DNA of 64,000 nt from a virus (lineage: Duplodnaviria; Caudoviricetes). The stretch's first letter is position 1. Each line of letters begins with the position of its first letter. This document shows, one piece after another, positions 56,186-64,000 of the stretch. The position numbers and the translations under genes are program-made. The stretch is taken from IMG/VR virus record IMGVR_UViG_3300046786_000774, positions 6,903 to 70,902 of that record; one strand, given 5' to 3'. The notes below the pieces were generated by a model. That model did not search any database and was not told where the DNA came from. It worked only from the letters and a program-made list of their open reading frames with translations.

Positions 56186-57235
56186 TTATCCGATATTCGA
56201 ATTTTGAACCGAGTGGATCAATGCCACTTGCATATCATAAACAAGGGCATCGTAGTTGATACTGCTCACAATCTTGGAATTCAGCAGGGATTTGATGAAT
56301 TCCATCTTGTTGCAGGCGGGCGAGAAGTTCTCTACGGCGAAGTCAATCTTCTTCATCTGCTCGTAGGACATAGTCGACTCTGTGAGGAACATCAGTTGCC
56401 AGTTCCTCCAAATCATATCCCCACAGGAAGCCACGGAACCGTAAGCCTTGAGGGCCTTCTTTTCCATTGACTTGGCCTTGGCGACCTCAACAAGCTCCTG
56501 GACGCTTCGGTCTTTCTCGCTATCCAGGAGTTCAGGGAAGAGTTTCAAAGCCGTCTTGAAGCCAAGTCCTGGGACCCCAGGGATGTTGTCTGAGTCATCT
56601 CCTGTGAGAGTCCTTACCAAGGCATAGTTCCGAGCCGGGATATTCACAAATTCATCCTTCCCAACCTTCACCTTCACGATGGGGCCACCGTGGAGTGATT
56701 TGTCGGCTGGGTTGTAGAGTTGAACATTTGGATCGTCCAGGAGTTGGTAGAAATCCCTGTCGGAGGACACAATGACTTTCATTGCATCGACCGATTTCAG
56801 CTTGTTTTGGATCAGGTAGGCGATCACATCGTCGCATTCGGTATCTGCAACGTAAAGTTGACACACAGGGAGATGCTTGAGAGCAGCCACAAGGTTCTTG
56901 GTTTGCGTCAACTTGTTCTCCTTGTCGTCCTTGATCCACTTCTTCGAAGGGACCCCATTGGGAGGAAGACCAATGGCCTTGAACTCCGAGCTCACCTTCA
57001 TTCGGTTGGCTTTGTACTCAGGGAAAATCTTCCTTCTCCTGGGACAGCCCCCGCCTTGCTCCCAAACGACGTATAGGCGCACTGGGTTGAACTGTTGGGT
57101 GAGAGAGTGCAGAGCCTTGATGAACCCAACAACTCCCCCGCACGGGTCCCCTACGGTCGTTACAGCATCATTCGCCATGAAGTGCCTCACGAAGATGTTC
57201 ATAGAATCGACTATTAAGATTGGCCTTTCGTTCAT
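56186..57235 (-). CDS. 5'-3' exonuclease / flap endonuclease (PolI N-domain, RNase H-like)
   Basis: LIVDSMN, VVWE, YKANR, ECDDVIA, SSDRDFYQL, GDDSDNIPGVPGLGFKTA; start ATG 57235 (TAATG overlap). Confidence 0.93.
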   Translation of the reverse strand: MNERPILIVDSMNIFVRHFMANDAVTTVGDPCGGVVGFIKALHSLTQQFNPVRLYVVWEQGGGCPRRRKIFPEYKANRMKVSSEFKAIGLPPNGVPSKKWIKDDKENKLTQTKNLVAALKHLPVCQLYVADTECDDVIAYLIQNKLKSVDAMKVIVSSDRDFYQLLDDPNVQLYNPADKSLHGGPIVKVKVGKDEFVNIPARNYALVRTLTGDDSDNIPGVPGLGFKTALKLFPELLDSEKDRSVQELVEVAKAKSMEKKALKAYGSVASCGDMIWRNWQLMFLTESTMSYEQMKKIDFAVENFSPACNKMEFIKSLLNSKIVSSINYDALVYDMQVALIHSVQNSNIG

Positions 57236-57903
57236 TAATTTACCTTCTTTGCAAAAGTGTCTGTCTTGCGATGGCAGTCGTCGCATAGAGTTCGTCCATT
57301 GTCAAACTCCCACAACTCACAGCATTCCAAAGCATCCTCCAATGTTTTGACTGAATTCTCCTTGAGAATCAAGGCGAACTGTTTAATGTGGTCCGCATTA
57401 AGAGTTCCACCCCGGTGATTGCAGAACTTGCAGGTGTAGTTGTCTCGTTCAAACACCTTCTTCCTCCAGTCTTGCATTTTCACACAATCACGAATTTGCT
57501 TGTAAAGAGGAGATTTTCGTTGCTCGGGCGGCAACCATCGAGGGTGATTTGGTCCAATGTACTTGCCACCCCACATACCATTTTTCGCAACAGACATCCT
57601 GCGCTTGGTTTCTTCGGAGAAGACAACACCTTTTCGCTTTTCACTCATCAAAGCTGCATGTTCTGGGCGCACTTTACCAAAAAATGGATGATTTGCTCCA
57701 CTTTTGGCTTTTGCTTGCTTTTCCTTTGTTCGAGCAGTATGCTTCGTTGATAAACGAGCTTCAATTCCTGCCTTTTGAATCATATTGCACACAGTTTGTG
57801 CAGAACAGCCAAAGTGATGTGCAATCTCCTTCATTGACCACTGCTCGTCGATATACAGCCGCCGCAGCTCTGGTTCTGGAATTATGATTCGCTTCTTCGC
57901 CAT
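57235..57903 (-). mobile_element. HNH homing endonuclease with HTH and NUMOD3 domains
   Basis: HPFFGK, FSEETKRRMS; WRKKVFERDNYTC..C...LNADHI...NGRTLCDDCH. Confidence 0.9.
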
Positions 57904-57911
57904 TGCACTAA

Positions 57912-57968
57912 CTATGCTCTGACGAAGATGTTCATGCCGTCGATGATAAGGATTGGTCGTTCTTGCAT
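57912..57968 (-). pseudogene. orphaned 5' end of the exonuclease gene (MQERPILIIDGMNIFVRA*)
   Basis: 18-aa mini-ORF nearly matching exonuclease N-terminus MNERPILIVDSMNIFVRH. Confidence 0.8.
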
Positions 57969-58012
57969 GGAGTTACCTATGCAAGGACTCTCTCACATCT
58001 CGCGGTATTTTT

Positions 58013-58516
58013 TTACCGCCCGGTCGAACCAAATCCACCCTCCCCACGAGAGGTGTCTTCGACTTCTTCGACTTCAGTCAAGTTAACAGTCCCGATGGAG
58101 CTGTGTGTTGCAATCACCTGAATCACAACCTGAGCGATCCGGTCTCCAGCCTTGAAGGCAATCGGGCATGGATCAAGGTAGTAGCCACCCCAAGAGTCCC
58201 TTTCCAATTTTGGAAAGTTGCCGTTGTGGAGCAAAACTCCAATCTCTCCTCGGTACGTGGGGTCCACAATGCCACCGATTGGGAAAATTCCCTTCTTGGC
58301 AAGACCGCTTCGACCGAGGATTTGAAGGAAAACATCCTGGAGTTGGGTGTTTGAGACCGAGGCAAGTTTCAAGCCAGTTTTCACCAAAAGGGTTTCCCCG
58401 GCCTTCAACTCAAAATCCTCGACGCAATAGAGGTCAAAACCCGCATCCCCAGGGTTAGCTTGGGTTGGGAGCTGAGCGTTTGGGTGGACCTTCTTGAAGC
58501 TGATGTTAATGCTCAT
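58013..58516 (-). CDS. dut: trimeric dUTPase
   Basis: GDAGFDL, RSGLA, GIVDPTYRGEI, GDRIAQ, RGEGGFGSTG. Confidence 0.97.
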   Translation of the reverse strand: MSINISFKKVHPNAQLPTQANPGDAGFDLYCVEDFELKAGETLLVKTGLKLASVSNTQLQDVFLQILGRSGLAKKGIFPIGGIVDPTYRGEIGVLLHNGNFPKLERDSWGGYYLDPCPIAFKAGDRIAQVVIQVIATHSSIGTVNLTEVEEVEDTSRGEGGFGSTGR

Positions 58517-59739
58517 TCGTCGTCTTCCTGCTTTCGCATTTCCTCATAGGAATTGGCGTCAACACCCTTGAACGATGGATGCTGGACATCCTCTCCAGCA
58601 ACAAGGGCAGTGGCGCAGAGAGCGTCAACATACTCCTTGTACTCGGGGACATTCAACACCGAAGAACGGAAATCGTCCTTGTAGAACTTCACCTCATGGA
58701 TGATCTCTCCGTCCGAGGCATTCACAACAGAGAAGGTCTTCCAGGCTTGAGCGCCTTCAATCTTCAGACGCTTCCCATTGTAGATCACGGGGCCGTTAGC
58801 CTCGCAGAACTGCCTGAGAGAGTCAAAGAGTGGCCCATCGTCAACAACTCCCTTTCCAAAGATAATCGAGAGCTCAGCGGCACGGAAAGGTGGGGCAACC
58901 TTGTTCTTGATGACCTTCACCTCGACGTTGATGCCGTAAATCTTGTCCTTTTCTCCCTTGATAGGCTGACCCGTCATCACACGAAGTCGAACAGAGCAAG
59001 CGTAGGGGATTGCGGAGCCACCGGGGGTGGTTGTTGGATCGCCGTACATCACACCAATCTTCATGCGCTGCTGGTTGATGATCAAGAGAACCACCTTCTC
59101 GCTGGCGATGATGTTGCTGATCTTCCGCATGCCCTTGGAGAGCACACGGGCCTGGAGACCGATGGAGTTGTCGGTGTACTCTCCCTGAAGCTCAGCCTTT
59201 GGGGAGGTGGCAGCAACAGAGTCCCAAATGATCAACATTGGAACGTTCTTGTTGAGGGCACGAGACTTGAGAATGGCCATTTCAATGAACTTGAAGACCT
59301 CCTCCGTGCAGTTGTTCTGAATGAACACGAAGTTCTTCTTCACGTCCAATCCAAGCGACCGGAGGTTCTCAGGAGAGGTTGCATTCTCCGTGTCGATGTA
59401 AACCACAATGCCACCCATCTCTTGGCAGCTCTTTGCAGCCTGGAATGCAAGGTGGCTCTTTCCACAAGAAGGAGGACCTTGAATCTCAATGATCCTTCCT
59501 TCTGGAAAGCCACCACCAGGGCGGTTCGAGATGGCATAGTCCAGGAGGACAGAGCCAGTGCTCACCCAACGCTTGATGTTCGTTGGTGCGGAAACATCAC
59601 CGAGATTCCAAGCAACTTGCTCCTTTGCCTCTCGGTTGATCTGCTTGATCAATTCCGACGAGTAATCGTCGGCGTTGTCCATTGTGGTGGTAGCTGCTGT
59701 TACTGGAGCCGCTTCTTTCACTGTCTTTGCTTTTGCCAT
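58513..59739 (-). CDS. recA: RecA/UvsX recombinase
   Basis: STGSVLLD, GRIIEIQGPPSCGKS, YIDTENA, WDSVAA, QARVLS, INQQR, GGSAIPY, KNKVAPPF. Confidence 0.95.
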   Translation of the reverse strand: MAKAKTVKEAAPVTAATTTMDNADDYSSELIKQINREAKEQVAWNLGDVSAPTNIKRWVSTGSVLLDYAISNRPGGGFPEGRIIEIQGPPSCGKSHLAFQAAKSCQEMGGIVVYIDTENATSPENLRSLGLDVKKNFVFIQNNCTEEVFKFIEMAILKSRALNKNVPMLIIWDSVAATSPKAELQGEYTDNSIGLQARVLSKGMRKISNIIASEKVVLLIINQQRMKIGVMYGDPTTTPGGSAIPYACSVRLRVMTGQPIKGEKDKIYGINVEVKVIKNKVAPPFRAAELSIIFGKGVVDDGPLFDSLRQFCEANGPVIYNGKRLKIEGAQAWKTFSVVNASDGEIIHEVKFYKDDFRSSVLNVPEYKEYVDALCATALVAGEDVQHPSFKGVDANSYEEMRKQEDDE

Positions 59740-59797
59740 TGCTTTGCTTCCTTGATTCTGTGAGCTAATTTCTGGTCGGAACGAATACTTGAATTGT

Positions 59798-60124
59798 CTA
59801 TTCGTCCACTTGTTCGCAAAAAACCAGGGTGACCGAGGACGGCGTGGCCTTCCACTTCCAACGAGCCGTGATCATTCCCTTGATCAAGGTTGCCTTCTTC
59901 ACCATATCGGCAAAGCTGCTCCCATCCATCAAGTAGAAGCCATTTGTTGTAAGGTCCTTCAGATAGAACCTCTCGGCGTTGTAGCTGAGCACACCCATGC
60001 TGGCCTGAAAGGAATGCTCCGAGAGAACGTGCTCCCGGACAACCTTCTTTTCAAAGCCCGATGGAATGGAGGCGTAGAAAATGCCGTCGACTGTCTCGAA
60101 AATCTTGCTTGGTTTGCTTGACAT
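59798..60124 (-). CDS. hypothetical protein
   Basis: 108 aa. Confidence 0.6.
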   Translation of the reverse strand: MSSKPSKIFETVDGIFYASIPSGFEKKVVREHVLSEHSFQASMGVLSYNAERFYLKDLTTNGFYLMDGSSFADMVKKATLIKGMITARWKWKATPSSVTLVFCEQVDE

Positions 60125-60143
60125 TTCTTTCCCCTAGAATGCC

Positions 60144-60181
60144 AAAAACCCCCACCAGTTTTCACCGATGAGGGTTTTTTT
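60144..60181 (-). terminator. intrinsic terminator after SSB gene
   Basis: ACCCTCATCGG / CTGGTGGGGT imperfect stem flanked by A- and T-runs. Confidence 0.5.
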
Positions 60182-60197
60182 CTGCCTTTTTTCTGTA

Positions 60198-61013
60198 TCA
60201 GAGGCCGTTGAACTGATCCTCAACCGACTTCAGGGCTTCGTCGTCAGAGCCAACTTCTGCGTCGGCAGTTCCAGCGATGCTTCCTGCGTCAATGTCGAGG
60301 TACTTGCGGAGCATCTGAGCAAGCTCGTCGTAGCCCTTGACTTGCTTCTTGAAGATTTCAGCAAAGTTCGGCACGCTGGCAACCAGCTTGTCAATCTCCT
60401 CTTGCGTTGCAGCAAGCTTCGAGGTCTTGCCACCAGGACGAACGTCAACGTCGTTCACAGGGTACGACTTGCCGGTTGTCTCATTCGTAAACGTCTTTCC
60501 GCTTGGGGAAACCGTCAACTTGAAGTCACGACCAACCATCGGGTCGTTGAGCTGCTCCTCGGCGTACTCCTCGTCAAGGAAGTTCGCATAGAACTTCTTG
60601 CAGAGATTACGGCTCACCTCGTAAACCTGCACACCCTTCTCCTTCTCCTCACGAACGAGGATTGGAGCGTAGAAGCGAGGCTGAGGAAGGAGACCACGGA
60701 TCGTGTTCCAGGCGTTCTTGTTTCCGCGATCCTTGTTGAGCTCGACAACAAGCTCTGCAACTGGATCGGGAAGACCGAACTGAGCAGGGGCAACAAGACG
60801 GAAAGGGCTCAACTTCTTGTTGTCGTAGTAGTTCAACTCGAAGAACGGCTGTCCGTCAAAGCTCGTTGGCATGCAACGGATGTTGAAAGTACGTGCCTTT
60901 CCATCCTCGGTCAAGGTTGGCTTCCAAAACGGAAGCGAGGGACCCGCCTTCTTCTTCTTTTCACCGGAGAGCTCAGCGAACTTTTCTGCGAGTGCCTTGA
61001 TGTTGATTGTCAT
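60198..61013 (-). CDS. single-stranded DNA-binding protein (gp32-like)
   Basis: FWKP..IRCMP..PFFE..Y, PDPVAEL, RFYAPILVR, GRDFKL, acidic C-tail; position next to recA. Confidence 0.75.
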   Translation of the reverse strand: MTINIKALAEKFAELSGEKKKKAGPSLPFWKPTLTEDGKARTFNIRCMPTSFDGQPFFELNYYDNKKLSPFRLVAPAQFGLPDPVAELVVELNKDRGNKNAWNTIRGLLPQPRFYAPILVREEKEKGVQVYEVSRNLCKKFYANFLDEEYAEEQLNDPMVGRDFKLTVSPSGKTFTNETTGKSYPVNDVDVRPGGKTSKLAATQEEIDKLVASVPNFAEIFKKQVKGYDELAQMLRKYLDIDAGSIAGTADAEVGSDDEALKSVEDQFNGL

Positions 61014-61014
61014 T

Positions 61015-61068
61015 TTGGGTTTTTCCTTTGGGTTTTACTTGGGTTGTGATTGGGTTGAAACTTGGGTT
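61015..61068 (-). repeat. five AACCCAA repeats, 11-13 nt period, in SSB leader
   Basis: TTGGGTT at 61015, 61028, 61039, 61050, 61062 (plus strand). Confidence 0.85.
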
Positions 61069-61180
61069 TTACTATTGGGACAGCCGTTTTGCTGTCTTTC
61101 TAAGTATGGCCCAGGAGGGGTGAACTGTTAACCGCCGTGTACGATTTATCTCCAGTGAATTCGCACACTTATACGATTTT

Positions 61181-61789
61181 TCAAAGGGTGACCTTGCTCT
61201 TGTCACGACCTTGGTGGCAGGAGATTCCGATAGCTTGACGGAGCATGACAGCGAGGGTTGGCTCGTTGGTCATTGGCATGTCAGGGTCACGATTTGCTTG
61301 ATCAAAGTTGTAGATCGCTGTGAACTCACCTTCGCTCAGCACAGCACCGGCTGCTTGAAGCTTGAAGAGGGAGAGCTGCGATACCTTCGTCGAACTGAAT
61401 ACCGGATTGACCTCGTAGAAGATACCACGAGAGGCATGCCAGTCGGAATTTTTTGGAAGGTAATACTCGACGCCATCCTTCCCAGCTTTCCCGACATCAT
61501 GGAAAAGGGAGACGACCACCATTTCCTCAATCGAGAGTTTGGTCTCAAAGCTCTTGTTCAGGATGCTCATGTTCTTGAGCACCTTGAGGGAGTGCTCGAC
61601 AAGTCCACCAGGGAAAGCTCCGTGGTACTCTCGCCTTGTGGATGCAGGAGCCAACACAAGCTCCGGGGTATCCCCAAGGACTCTGAGAAGAGCTTCCTTT
61701 TTCTGAGATGAGGACTTAACGTTGTCGGCAACGAACTTCTCAAGCTTCTGGAAGTTGCTTACCGCTTTGTCGAACTCGGGTGTTGTCAT
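61181..61789 (-). CDS. HD-domain phosphohydrolase
   Basis: YHGAFPGGLVEHS...SLFHDVGK. Confidence 0.85.
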   Translation of the reverse strand: MTTPEFDKAVSNFQKLEKFVADNVKSSSQKKEALLRVLGDTPELVLAPASTRREYHGAFPGGLVEHSLKVLKNMSILNKSFETKLSIEEMVVVSLFHDVGKAGKDGVEYYLPKNSDWHASRGIFYEVNPVFSSTKVSQLSLFKLQAAGAVLSEGEFTAIYNFDQANRDPDMPMTNEPTLAVMLRQAIGISCHQGRDKSKVTL

Positions 61790-61835
61790 GTCCGACAAGA
61801 TAGCTGGCAAGAAACTTCGATTTAACCGCTAGAAG

Positions 61836-63107
61836 CTAAAATCGTTCGGCCTTGAGAGGAAAGGTAAAGCCTGGGAAGAGGGGGATGCCCTGAGAGCCAA
61901 CTTTGCAAAGCTCGGGAAGCCTACCCTCCGCTTCCTCGTGTACGTCGAGCACAATCGAGTCGATCACAAGGAACAAGGGAACGATCATTGTATCCCCTTC
62001 AATGGCTTCCAGGACCCTCTTGAAGCCGTAGAGAGCTACGTCCACAGCGGTGCTCTGGATGAAGTAGTTCAGGAGCATGTAGTCCTCAGCCTCTCTCGTA
62101 TCCACATGGCGACCAAAGTGACTCTTGAGGAAGGTACGACCGGAAGCTTCATTCTCTTCTTTCAAGCGTTGGCGCATTTTTTGCAGCCCAAAAAAGTCAT
62201 CGAGGAGCTCGATCAATCCATCGGCATCCCTAACTGAGTCCAGCTTGGAAACAACCGTCTCACGGCTTGCTCCGTAGAGCTGACTCAGGACAACTTCCTT
62301 CACTGTGTTCCTCGGGATTTCGGAAATGCCCAATTTCTTGGAAATATGAGCATACAGGTCTTCCACGACTGTAGGTGAAGGTGCGAGTGGAGGATTACCA
62401 AGAAGAGAAGAAGAAGGGGTAATAGTAATAGTAGTAGAAGGATCTCCCCCAAGAGCCAGGGCAACCCATGGTTCAAGGGAGCGGTAGTCCAAGGAGATGA
62501 TCTTCCCCTTTCTTCCGAACCTTGAGGTAAGCAGGGAACGCTTATCCTTGGGGAGCGACAAAATCTTTGGACCGGAGACAACCTTGGTTCGACCGGTCTT
62601 TGTTTCTCTTGAATAGACCACGTCCTGAGCGAACCCAAGCTGGTCTGGTTCAAAGGATCGAATGATCTGAGTGGCATGCTTGTCCTCCCCGAACACCTTC
62701 CAAGCTACCGGATCAATCTTTGCTGGTTGCAGGTGATCAAATACCTCGGAGGTAGCCTTGACGTGTGTCAGGTAATACTCCAAGTCCAGGGAAGAGAAGT
62801 TGTCGATGAGGTAGTCCCCCAACTCTCTCAAAGCCCCCAGGAAGACCGACTGAGGCATTGTGAGAGCCCAAGGGACCCTAGACACCTCCTGACCAGCCAA
62901 AGCCGTTTGAAGGGCCTTCTTGTGCGAAGCAGGGGGGAACTCTGGAGAGGTCAACCCATGGAGGTGAGCGATCTCCTCGAACTGCTGTGTCCCGTAGACC
63001 AATGGCGTATCGGGAAGCTCCTTGACTTTCAGGATTTTCCGTGTATCAGATTGGCATACAAGGTGTTGAGAGAACCCAACGGCATCTTTGTGGATGTAAA
63101 TGTCCAT
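61836..63107 (-). CDS. truncated, divergent family A DNA polymerase
   Basis: TKTGR, LDYRSLE (motif A), RNTVKEVVLSQLYG (motif B), NYFIQSTA, LVIDS (motif C variant). Confidence 0.75.
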   Translation of the reverse strand: MDIYIHKDAVGFSQHLVCQSDTRKILKVKELPDTPLVYGTQQFEEIAHLHGLTSPEFPPASHKKALQTALAGQEVSRVPWALTMPQSVFLGALRELGDYLIDNFSSLDLEYYLTHVKATSEVFDHLQPAKIDPVAWKVFGEDKHATQIIRSFEPDQLGFAQDVVYSRETKTGRTKVVSGPKILSLPKDKRSLLTSRFGRKGKIISLDYRSLEPWVALALGGDPSTTITITPSSSLLGNPPLAPSPTVVEDLYAHISKKLGISEIPRNTVKEVVLSQLYGASRETVVSKLDSVRDADGLIELLDDFFGLQKMRQRLKEENEASGRTFLKSHFGRHVDTREAEDYMLLNYFIQSTAVDVALYGFKRVLEAIEGDTMIVPLFLVIDSIVLDVHEEAEGRLPELCKVGSQGIPLFPGFTFPLKAERF

Positions 63108-63146
63108 CCTGAGATGGTAACACAGGACTCAACTAGAATCCAGGGC

Positions 63147-64000
63147 TCATCTCAACCTTGTTGGTGCACCCGTTGGTTGACCTGTTGGGGTGTTGTTTGC
63201 GTTCGCTTGAATATCGTTCAAGATCGTTTGGGCGTTCTTGATTGTGTCGATCAAGGAACGGTACTTGCCCCAACCATCGTAAGGTGAGAACTTGGCATCG
63301 GTCGTAAAGACTCCTGCCTCGATTCTGTGGGAGATACCTGTGACGTAGTAGAAGTTGTCAATGGTTGTCCCAGTCTTGAAGTCAACAAAGAACTTCGTCC
63401 CGTACTCCAGGAGAGGACAGCCAAGGGAAGGGATGGAAAGATCGCAAGGGATCACCTGGAGAGGTAGTCCCCCAGGAGATTCACCATTTGGCTCCAGGGG
63501 ATCTGAGTGAAAGGAACGAAGGAGGTTGACTGTGGAAAGCTGCGCGTTCTGTTGAGTCGAGAGAGCTGCGTTCTTTACTGCTGTACCCTGTGCCCCAACA
63601 AGGATGTAGGGCGAGGTCTTCATCATGAACTCCCGCAACTTTGCTGGCCCGCCGTTAATCCTGTAAATTGGCGGGTTGGAGTTGGGGATTTGGGTAATCA
63701 ACCCAGCGTTCTGAGCAGCTTGGATAACGGAGTTGGCCTCCATTGCATGGGATTGAGAAACCCCAGGATTGCCTCCTTGTTGGGTTGGGACAGGACGGAT
63801 GGACCTGAGCTCATCCTCTCGGTTGGCTTCCAGGAGAGCAGCCTGTGTATCGTAGGAGGTTGTGTGCTTATCGAAGATGTGCACACGGAGGATGGATACC
63901 CCAGAAGCGGTATCGGAGTTTGCGCCTTCTGGCAAAGCTCTTGCTGTCCTTGGGATGCACTCAATGAAGTAATCAAGCTGTGGGAGCTTGAAGCTTCCAT
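63147..64000 (-). CDS. 3' part of a large protein, possibly baseplate hub-like (runs off window)
   Basis: frame open to the window edge; C-terminal NFYYVTGISHRIEAGVFTTDAKF resembles gpD/hub beta-barrel ends. Confidence 0.5.
   Translation of the reverse strand, partial: GSFKLPQLDYFIECIPRTARALPEGANSDTASGVSILRVHIFDKHTTSYDTQAALLEANREDELRSIRPVPTQQGGNPGVSQSHAMEANSVIQAAQNAGLITQIPNSNPPIYRINGGPAKLREFMMKTSPYILVGAQGTAVKNAALSTQQNAQLSTVNLLRSFHSDPLEPNGESPGGLPLQVIPCDLSIPSLGCPLLEYGTKFFVDFKTGTTIDNFYYVTGISHRIEAGVFTTDAKFSPYDGWGKYRSLIDTIKNAQTILNDIQANANNTPTGQPTGAPTRLR

Noticed and set aside
57235-57968. Group I intron interrupting the exonuclease gene
   Set aside because: The interval is entirely filled by the HNH ORF, with no P/Q/R/S core, and the N-terminus is duplicated rather than split.
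1-64000. CRISPR array, canonical tRNA genes, stop-codon recoding, diversity-generating retroelement
   Set aside because: No regularly spaced repeats, no complete cloverleaf seen by eye, and conserved genes read intact in code 11 using all three stops. No reverse transcriptase is present; the 66-nt repeat pair differs at synonymous sites rather than at adenines only.

Overview
A gene-dense, standard-code window from a large (jumbo-like) tailed bacteriophage, probably a myovirus of a Gram-negative host (inferred from a T4 gp19-like tail-tube paralog and spanin-like genes; the host cannot be determined from this window). 1-9.8 kb holds mostly plus-strand small accessory genes plus rtcB, a lytic transglycosylase-like gene, a zincin peptidase and an ATP-grasp gene. 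9.8-21 kb is a minus-strand late/virion-associated and lysis block with a kinase, a ppGpp-hydrolase-like HD protein and a SOD-like protein. 21.6-64 kb is minus-strand replication and nucleotide metabolism: a fractured dnaE with a split intein, RNA ligase, dnaJ, DHFR, thyA, SNF2, class II RNR, DnaB, 5'-3' exonuclease, dUTPase, RecA, SSB and a degenerate PolA. Most notable: (1) a ~400-nt apparently non-coding structured RNA ending in a 48-nt armless tRNA-like element (acceptor stem + T-arm + CCA); (2) DnaE encoded in two genes joined by a naturally split intein at the active-site PDID motif, with an endonuclease gene nested between the halves; (3) two homing endonucleases that apparently replaced the terminus of their target gene, leaving the old end as a remnant; (4) a recurrent TA[TCG]TTA-N5-start motif suggesting a phage promoter driving leaderless mRNAs; (5) a J-domain-kinase / vWA / pyruvate-kinase-like module. 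No CRISPR array or canonical full-length tRNA was seen. Family assignments come from motifs recognised by eye; no database search was run.
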